64,000 nucleotides of DNA from an uncultured Methanosarcinales archaeon (GTDB lineage Archaea; Nanobdellota; Nanobdellia; Woesearchaeales; ARS49): positions 1,858-65,857 of the forward strand of contig CAYGVI010000005.1 in assembly GCA_964353335.1 (NCBI GenBank). Reading direction: 5' to 3'. Below the pieces are notes generated by a model. It searched no databases, had not been told where the DNA came from, and saw only the letters and a list, made by a program, of their open reading frames with translations. Position 1 is the stretch's first letter. Every line of letters begins with the position of its first letter. Positions 42,398 to 48,767 of this stretch are shown in pieces. The position numbers and the translations under genes were made by a program.

Positions 42398-42405
42398 GCG
42401 AAAAG

Positions 42406-42413
42406 CTTATATA
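42406..42413 (+). promoter_or_regulatory. TATA box (cttatata) for 42440 ORF
   Basis: 27 nt upstream of the ATG. Confidence 0.45.
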
Positions 42414-42439
42414 CCTAAACGCATTACATTTGTAGTACA

Positions 42440-42667
42440 ATGGCAATGGAACTAGTCCAGGTGAGGCTTCCGAAAAAGCTGATTGACGCTATTGAGGGTT
42501 ATGTTGACGGTGAATTCTACGCGAGCAGGTCAGATATAATCAGGGACGCCTTGAGGAAGTTTATGCTTGATAAGGTAATCGGCTCAATACCCAACACAGG
42601 AGATTCTGTGGAAGAAGTCAGGAAAATAAGAAGAGAGTTATCAAAAAAAGAACGCAACCTCAAGTGA
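42440..42667 (+). CDS. CopG/ribbon-helix-helix DNA-binding protein (cassette 2)
   Basis: VQVRLPKKLIDAIEGYVDGEFYASRSDIIRDALRKFM has the RHH beta-alpha-alpha pattern. Confidence 0.7.
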   Translation: MAMELVQVRLPKKLIDAIEGYVDGEFYASRSDIIRDALRKFMLDKVIGSIPNTGDSVEEVRKIRRELSKKERNLK

Positions 42668-42843
42668 ATGAGCCGTTTGTAAATTCTTCAGGTTTTCCCG
42701 CAGTTACCCCGTTATCACGCGCGGCCTGGATGAGCCATGCATCAGGCAGTATAAGGCAGCTGAAATATAAATACGCCAGTAAGAGTTTCCGGGTTAATCG
42801 GAAGGTTTTCGAACCGGAAATGTTTTGAAAAATTAACTCTGCA

Positions 42844-42889
42844 GCTTTGTTTTCGCGCACAAGAGGTAACTACCAATAAGTAGTTAAAA
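42844..42889 (+). repeat. repeat copy C (orphan gene end SFVFAHKR-stop plus 20 nt)
   Basis: gctttgttttcgcgcacaagaggtaactaccaataagtagttaaaa. An in-frame TAA lies 10 codons upstream, so no gene is attached. Confidence 0.85.
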
Positions 42890-42896
42890 TCATAAG

Positions 42897-42906
42897 CTTT
42901 AAAAAG
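42897..42906 (+). promoter_or_regulatory. TATA-like box (ctttaaaaag) for 42931 ORF
   Basis: 25 nt upstream of the ATG. Confidence 0.4.
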
Positions 42907-42930
42907 ACGTTCTGAGTATCTTAACGTGAT

Positions 42931-44472
42931 ATGGCGCGCATCTACTCAGCTGTTTTCCCGGTCAACAGCAGAAAGACTCTTGATGACCTTACAGGAGTTG
43001 TTGCTGAATGGATTGCATCAAGCCCGTACAGGAAAATCAACAGGGCTGAAATTTCTGGAATTGCGCAGGACGGGTTTATGTTCGAAAAGGGCCATGTTAC
43101 AATTCACACCGTCCGCTACGAAGGCCGCCACTATGAAAAACAGCATGACCTTGGCGTGCAGAAAAGCATTGGCATCCGCCTGGTGGAGCAGAAGCAGGGG
43201 GCTGTGCGCACCTCAGAGGTTGTCGGACACATTGCAAATGACAAGTTCAATGTCGTGTTCACCAATGATTATGAGGCAACAAGGACAGGAGAAAAATACG
43301 GAAAAATACTGAAGCCAAGGATAGTCAATGACATTATCCGCGCGCTTGGCGGCGGCTATGACGGCCTTGACCTCGAAGTCAAGACAACGCCGCACTGGAT
43401 TATGGATGATGACCTTCCTTTTGTCGCAGACATTATCAGGAACAAGTCTGAAAACACGCTTCCTGTGGTTTATGTCAGCAGGTACAGGCAGGATATAACG
43501 CCTGTCAACCCAAATGACCTTGCTTTCCTGCTTGGCGGAATTGCCCACGTTATTGTGGAGCCTTCGCCGTCAATTCCTTTCACTTTCAATCTGAAGGACG
43601 CGACAAAGGGCATCAATGCGTACAATGGCGCAGTGGGCATTTACTGGCCCAATGGAGTCCGCCATCATTTGCTGCCGAAAACAACGACCGCACCGGAAAC
43701 AGGCTCATTGGCGCCAGAAACCGGCTCGTTGACACCCGGAACCAGCGCAATGGTAGATGAGATTCATGAAATTATCAGGGAAAGCGCGCTGTACACAGTG
43801 GTTCCTGACTGCAGCACTTTCAACGGCATAAAGGGATTGCAGACTGCAAAGCGCTTTGAGGATTTGAAAAAATCCCACGCAGCAAAGATTGTGGAAATCG
43901 AGCAGTCAAAAAAAACCGGTGCGGATATAACCACGCTTGAGGACCAGGTTAAAGAGCTTAATGCACTGCTCCAACTTGCATCAGATGAAACTGGAAACAG
44001 AGACACCCAGATTGAGGATCTTAAGCGGCAAAATTATGGAATGGGGCAGCAGCTTGCCAGATTCCAAAAGAAAGCAGGCACAGGCGGAGAAATGCTCACT
44101 GTGCCTCCGGACATGAATGAGTTTTATTCAGGAGAACTGCGCGACATGGTCATTGCGGCTCTTGACAACTACTTCACAAACAACCTCACTGACACAAGAA
44201 GGGCTGACATGATACGCGCAATCCGCGAAGCAAACCAGCCAAGCAACACAGGAGAGGAGATTCTCGAACAGATTCAGAAGATTTTCAAGAGCACAAAGCC
44301 TGTTGACAAGGTCATGAGCCAGCTCAGGACTCTTGGTTTTATTGTTGATCAGACAGGGGAAGTGCGCGTGACAATTCCAGGAAGCGGAAGGCAGGTTCAC
44401 ATTTCAGGCACTCCGGGCGACCTCCACTCAAGGGAAATTGAGCTTAGAAGGATCTTTAAGAAACTGCTATAA
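42931..44472 (+). CDS. orphan protein, 513 aa
   Basis: Long ATG ORF. It has an N-terminal globular part, a tandem APETGSL-APETGSL linker and a coiled-coil region (EDQVKELNALLQLASDE...IEDLKRQN). No motif recognised. Confidence 0.6.
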   Translation: MARIYSAVFPVNSRKTLDDLTGVVAEWIASSPYRKINRAEISGIAQDGFMFEKGHVTIHTVRYEGRHYEKQHDLGVQKSIGIRLVEQKQGAVRTSEVVGHIANDKFNVVFTNDYEATRTGEKYGKILKPRIVNDIIRALGGGYDGLDLEVKTTPHWIMDDDLPFVADIIRNKSENTLPVVYVSRYRQDITPVNPNDLAFLLGGIAHVIVEPSPSIPFTFNLKDATKGINAYNGAVGIYWPNGVRHHLLPKTTTAPETGSLAPETGSLTPGTSAMVDEIHEIIRESALYTVVPDCSTFNGIKGLQTAKRFEDLKKSHAAKIVEIEQSKKTGADITTLEDQVKELNALLQLASDETGNRDTQIEDLKRQNYGMGQQLARFQKKAGTGGEMLTVPPDMNEFYSGELRDMVIAALDNYFTNNLTDTRRADMIRAIREANQPSNTGEEILEQIQKIFKSTKPVDKVMSQLRTLGFIVDQTGEVRVTIPGSGRQVHISGTPGDLHSREIELRRIFKKLL

Positions 44473-44512
44473 GCACAGGAGTCTGCGATTTAACCCCTTA
44501 AAAAGCGTAACC

Positions 44513-44522
44513 TTTATAAATA
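44513..44522 (+). promoter_or_regulatory. TATA box (tttataaata) 140 nt upstream of tRNA-Lys
   Basis: Consensus box with no ORF of 60 aa or more downstream. It may drive a long tRNA leader or a small RNA. Confidence 0.35.
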
Positions 44523-44661
44523 GCCCTCGGAAAATTCGATATAATTGCGAATAGAGTGAGGAGACACATTTTTTTGCATGGAGCAGCACTCATTTCCCAG
44601 CATTTCAGCAATACCTGCCTGTTTTACATCTAGTTTCACAATCATATTCAGTCAAACTTAT

Positions 44662-44771
44662 GGGCCCGTAGCTCAGCCTGGTCAGTTTGCCGCTGTAAAA
44701 AGCGACTACTGAGGCACTAGAGCAGCTGGCTTTTAACCAGCTGGTCGCGCGTTCAAATCGCGTCGGGCCCG
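44662..44771 (+). tRNA. tRNA-Lys (anticodon TTT) with an intron of about 35 nt in the D arm (non-canonical position)
   Basis: Acceptor GGGCCCG/CGGGCCC, D stem GCTC...GAGC interrupted at about 44686-44720, anticodon arm GCTGG-CTTTTAA-CCAGC, T arm GCGCG-TTCAAAT-CGCGT, discriminator G. Confidence 0.8.
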
Positions 44772-44796
44772 CTTACACTGAGAGGCCTCGCACAAA

Positions 44797-45039
44797 ATGG
44801 GAAAAGAATTTGACGTGAGCAAACACGTACTGGTTCCGAAACACGTGAAACTCAGCGAGAAAGAAAAGAAAGACCTCTTTGACAGGTATGTTGCAGACCT
44901 TCGCGACCTTCCAAGGGTATACAAGGATGACCCTGCGATACAGGGGCTTGACGCAAAGGAAGGCGACATTATCAAAATCGCAAGGAAATCGCCGACAGCA
45001 GGCGAGGCAGTGTTCTACAGAAGGGTGGTGAGCAGATAA
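44797..45039 (+). CDS. rpoH: DNA-directed RNA polymerase subunit H (Rpo5)
   Basis: HVLVPKHVKLSEKEKKDLF...IKIARKSPTAGEAVFYRRVV is typical of RpoH. Position is first in the rpo operon. Confidence 0.9.
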   Translation: MGKEFDVSKHVLVPKHVKLSEKEKKDLFDRYVADLRDLPRVYKDDPAIQGLDAKEGDIIKIARKSPTAGEAVFYRRVVSR

Positions 45040-46526
45040 TGCCAAGCATAGCCAAGACGCTCATCGCAAAGCATTTCGCTGACAATTCTTTGGTGAACAG
45101 CAACATTGAGAGCTTTAACTTCTTTGTCGAGCACGAACTGCAGAGGATAGTCAACGAGAACAAGGACATTGAGCCCACAATCATTCCGCCAAATGTTGAG
45201 TCATTCAAGATACGCCTTGACAAGATTGAGGTCAAGGTGCCAACGATAACAGAGGCAGACGGCTCAGTCAGGGAGCTTCTCCCTGTCGAGGCAAGGCTGA
45301 GGAAGCTCAGCTACGCAGCGCCTGTATTCATCGAGGTCTCTTCGCACATCAATGATGTCCAGAGGGAGACTTTCACAACACAGATTGGCTCGCTTCCGAT
45401 AATGCTCAAGAGCAAGAAGTGCCACCTTAGCAAGATGTCAAGGGAGGAGCTCATCAAGAATGGCGAAGACCCTGACGACCCAGGAGGCTACTTCATAATC
45501 AACGGTACAGAGCGTGTCCTTGTCAACATCGAGGACCTTGCAAGCAACAGGTTTATCGTGGAGGAAAGCTCAGGCGTAACAAACTTCACAGGCAAGCTCT
45601 TCTCGGAAAACGGCCCGTTCAAGATTCCGCACACGATTGAGCGCCTCAAGGACGGATTGTTCTACCTTTCGTTCACCCGCGTCAAGCGCGTCCCTATTAT
45701 AATAGTCGTCAAGGCCCTCGGGCTGCTGAAGGATGAGGAAATAATGCAGTCCATCTCAAAGGACAAGCAGTATGACGAAGTGCTCATCAACCTTTTCGAG
45801 TTTGTCAACGTGAAGAACAGCGAGGACGCGATTGACTACATCGCAAAGAAGATAGGCATCACGCAGGCAAAGGAAATCCGCCTGGAAAGGATGAACGAAA
45901 TAATTGACAAGTATCTGCTTCCGCACGTCGGGACTCTCAAGGAGGACAGGATTTTCAAGGCATACAACATCTGCAAGATGCTGCGCAAGTACATTGCGGG
46001 CGCAAACGGCGAAGTGCCATTGGACGACAAGGACCACTACATGAACAAGCGCATCAAGATGTCAGGCGACTTGCTTGGTGACCTGTTCCGCATGAACCTC
46101 AAGGTGCTTATCGGCGACATTCTCTACAACTTCCAGCGCATCGTTAAGCGCGGCAAGTTCCCAAGCATCAGGGTGATTATCCGCGACAAGCTTCTCACAA
46201 GCAGGATTTACAGCTCAATGGCGACAGGAAACTGGGTCGGCGGAAGAAAAGGAGTTTCGCAGAGAATCCAGCGCCTTAACCACCTGAACACAATCTCACA
46301 CTTGCAGCGTGTTGTCTCGCCCTTGTCAAGCTCGCAGGAGAACTTCGAGGCACGCGAGCTTCACGCAACACACCTTGGCAGGCTCTGCCCGGCAGAAACG
46401 CCTGAAGGAACAAACATCGGACTCAGAAAGAACCTTGCCCTTTTCGCGCAGGTCTCAAAGGAAACTGACGAGCAGGAAGTATTGAAACAGCTCAAGGGAA
46501 TGGGCATGAGGAGCGTGCGACCGTGA
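45039..46526 (+). CDS. rpoB2: RNA polymerase subunit B'' (N-terminal half of Rpo2)
   Basis: Conserved Rpb2 N-terminal blocks (SFNFFVEHELQRIV, GGYFIINGTERVLV, LSSSQENFEARELHATHLGRLCPAETPEG). 1-nt overlap with rpoH. Confidence 0.95.
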   Translation: MPSIAKTLIAKHFADNSLVNSNIESFNFFVEHELQRIVNENKDIEPTIIPPNVESFKIRLDKIEVKVPTITEADGSVRELLPVEARLRKLSYAAPVFIEVSSHINDVQRETFTTQIGSLPIMLKSKKCHLSKMSREELIKNGEDPDDPGGYFIINGTERVLVNIEDLASNRFIVEESSGVTNFTGKLFSENGPFKIPHTIERLKDGLFYLSFTRVKRVPIIIVVKALGLLKDEEIMQSISKDKQYDEVLINLFEFVNVKNSEDAIDYIAKKIGITQAKEIRLERMNEIIDKYLLPHVGTLKEDRIFKAYNICKMLRKYIAGANGEVPLDDKDHYMNKRIKMSGDLLGDLFRMNLKVLIGDILYNFQRIVKRGKFPSIRVIIRDKLLTSRIYSSMATGNWVGGRKGVSQRIQRLNHLNTISHLQRVVSPLSSSQENFEARELHATHLGRLCPAETPEGTNIGLRKNLALFAQVSKETDEQEVLKQLKGMGMRSVRP

Positions 46527-48325
46527 GTGAGATATTTGTTAACGGCAAGTTCGCAGGGGATATTGACAATGGAAAGGAGTTTGTCAGCCAGATACGCTCT
46601 GCACGCAGGGCAGGAACGCTTTCCTCAAACATGAACGTGATGCTCGAAGAGCACCTTAACCAGGTTTTCATCGAGACAAACCGCGGAAGGACAAGAAGGC
46701 CATTGATTGTTGTCAAGGACGGAATCCCGCTTCTCACTGAAAAGCACATCAAGCAATTGCAGAAGAATGAGATAAGCTGGAATGACCTTGTCCAGCAGGG
46801 AGTAATAGAATACCTTGACGCAGGAGAGGAGGAGAACGCGCTCCTCGCATTTGACGAAAAAGAGCTAACTCCTGAGCACACGCATTTGGAAATCACCCCG
46901 TTGGCAATGATGGGAATCGTTACAACACTTGTTCCGTTCGGAGACCACAACCCTTCAGCAAGGCTTGCAATCGGCTCAAAGAACCAAAAGCACGCAATCG
47001 GGTTCTATGCCGCGAACTTCCCTGCAAGGATGGATATGGACGTCAACCTTTTGCACACTCCTCAGGTTCCGATAGTGCAGTCAATAATGCACGAGCTTTC
47101 GGGCTATGAGACCCACCCCTGCGGCCAGAACATTGTCGTTGCGGTGATGAGCTACAAGGGCTACAACATGGAGGACGCAGTCATCCTCAACCGCGGCTCA
47201 ATCGAGCGCGGATTTGCGCGTTCAAGCTACTTCCGCCCGGCTGTCGCAGAGGAATTGAGGTACTCAGGCGGGCTTATGGACAACATCTGCATCCCTGACA
47301 AGGAAGTCAAGGGATACAAGAGCGAAAAAGACTACAGGATGCTTGAAGGCGACGGAATAATCTATCCTGAAGCCCAGGTCAGGGAAGAGGATGTCATAAT
47401 CGGAAAGACCTCGCCGCCAAGGTTCCTCAGCTCGCTTGAAGAATACTCACTCTCATCAAACATCCGCCGCGAGAGCTCAGTTGCTTTGAGGCACGGCGAG
47501 GAAGGGGTTGTTGACTTTGTCCTCATTACTGAAAACGAGGAGGGAAACAAGCTCGTCCAGGTCAGGATACGCGACCAGCGCATCCCTGAAATCGGCGACA
47601 AGTTCTGTTCAAGGCACTCACAAAAGGGAGTTGTCGGATTGATCGTGCCTGAGTCAGACATGCCATACTCTGCGTCAGGAATAGTCCCTGACATGCTTTT
47701 CTCGCCGCACTCAATCCCGTCGCGTATGACGATGGCGCACCTGCTTGAGCTGTTGGGCGGAAAGATGGGCGCGCTGGCAGCAAGGCACATTGACGGCACA
47801 ACCTTTGAGTCAGAGCCTGAAGAGGCAATGCGAAGGGAGCTTTTGTCATTGGGATTCCGCGAGAACGGAACAGAAACACTGTACAATGGAATCACGGGCG
47901 AAAAGCTGGATGCCCAGATTTACATCGGAAGCATGTACTATCTCAAGCTCAAGCACATGGTCGCGAACAAGATACACTCTCGTGCACGCGGCCCAATCCA
48001 GCTTCTCACAAGGCAGCCGACAGAAGGAAGGGCAAAGGAAGGCGGCCTCAGGCTTGGAGAAATGGAAAAGGACACATTTGTCGCGCACGGAGCCTCATTG
48101 CTGCTCAAGGAGCGCTTTGACTCTGACAAGACAGTTGTCCCAATCTGCGAAAACTGCGGAGTCATCGCGATTCACGACACTTACAAGGACAAGCGCTACT
48201 GCCCGATATGCGGGGACAATGTTGACGTGAATGACATTGAAATCAGCTACGCATTCAAGCTCATACTGGACGAATTCAAGTCGCTTGGAATATATCCAAA
48301 GCTCGTCCTGAAAAACAAGTACTAA
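46523..48325 (+). CDS. rpoB1: RNA polymerase subunit B' (C-terminal half of Rpo2)
   Basis: GYNMEDA, GDKF-x-SRH-x-QKG, MPY...G-x-VPD, RLGEME and a C-terminal Zn ribbon CENCG...CPICG. GTGA overlap with rpoB2. Confidence 0.95.
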   Translation: MSEIFVNGKFAGDIDNGKEFVSQIRSARRAGTLSSNMNVMLEEHLNQVFIETNRGRTRRPLIVVKDGIPLLTEKHIKQLQKNEISWNDLVQQGVIEYLDAGEEENALLAFDEKELTPEHTHLEITPLAMMGIVTTLVPFGDHNPSARLAIGSKNQKHAIGFYAANFPARMDMDVNLLHTPQVPIVQSIMHELSGYETHPCGQNIVVAVMSYKGYNMEDAVILNRGSIERGFARSSYFRPAVAEELRYSGGLMDNICIPDKEVKGYKSEKDYRMLEGDGIIYPEAQVREEDVIIGKTSPPRFLSSLEEYSLSSNIRRESSVALRHGEEGVVDFVLITENEEGNKLVQVRIRDQRIPEIGDKFCSRHSQKGVVGLIVPESDMPYSASGIVPDMLFSPHSIPSRMTMAHLLELLGGKMGALAARHIDGTTFESEPEEAMRRELLSLGFRENGTETLYNGITGEKLDAQIYIGSMYYLKLKHMVANKIHSRARGPIQLLTRQPTEGRAKEGGLRLGEMEKDTFVAHGASLLLKERFDSDKTVVPICENCGVIAIHDTYKDKRYCPICGDNVDVNDIEISYAFKLILDEFKSLGIYPKLVLKNKY

Positions 48326-48326
48326 A

Positions 48327-48767
48327 ATGGAAACACAAAAAGATACGCAGAGATGTAATTCACTAGTTCCAGAACCAACTGAAATGAATTGCCTGGAAAA
48401 TATGCTTGTAACTGCAGCCAGAACAAAAGGAGTCAGCGCAAGGGTGGACTCGCAGAATGAGTCAACACTCCTTGTTGATATTGACTCTGGCTTTTCAGGC
48501 AACATGGCATTCACATTGGACCAAAAGGACAAAAACACAATTTATTGCTCTGCCAAGTCATACAAGATGGGCGGGGATTACCGCATAAGGGATGCGCTTG
48601 CAAAGGCAGGCATTTCTTCAGAAGTGGTTCCCTCAGGCCCTGAAGGCTACAGCAATGAAGTCAAGTTCACAGTTCCATACACTGCGTTTGAAAACTACGA
48701 AGCATTTGAAAAAGCAGTTGATGCTGTTTACACAACATTCAAGAAAATGGAATCAAACGGAGTATAA
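48327..48767 (+). CDS. orphan 146-aa protein embedded between rpoB' and rpoA'
   Basis: The ATG is 1 nt after the rpoB' TAA, and its own TAA abuts the rpoA' ATG. No motif recognised. Confidence 0.6.
   Translation: METQKDTQRCNSLVPEPTEMNCLENMLVTAARTKGVSARVDSQNESTLLVDIDSGFSGNMAFTLDQKDKNTIYCSAKSYKMGGDYRIRDALAKAGISSEVVPSGPEGYSNEVKFTVPYTAFENYEAFEKAVDAVYTTFKKMESNGV

Larger units (their letters stand above)
41238..42843. mobile_element. candidate inserted cassette(s) bounded by gene-end repeats A, B and C
   Basis: Direct repeats bound the region. In 100-nt hand counts, G+C is about 35 percent at 41276 versus about 41 and 49 percent in the flanks. Each unit carries its own promoter. No recombinase recognised. 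Confidence 0.4.

Noticed and set aside
42801-42815. ggttttcgaacc, resembling a tRNA T-arm
   Set aside because: No acceptor, D or anticodon arms can be built around it. It is better explained as part of the hairpin before repeat copy C.
42660-42860. 66-aa minus-strand ORF in cassette 2
   Set aside because: It starts with GTG inside repeat copy C, read in reverse. It has no promoter or SD, overlaps the RHH gene end, and has odd composition. I treat it as spurious.
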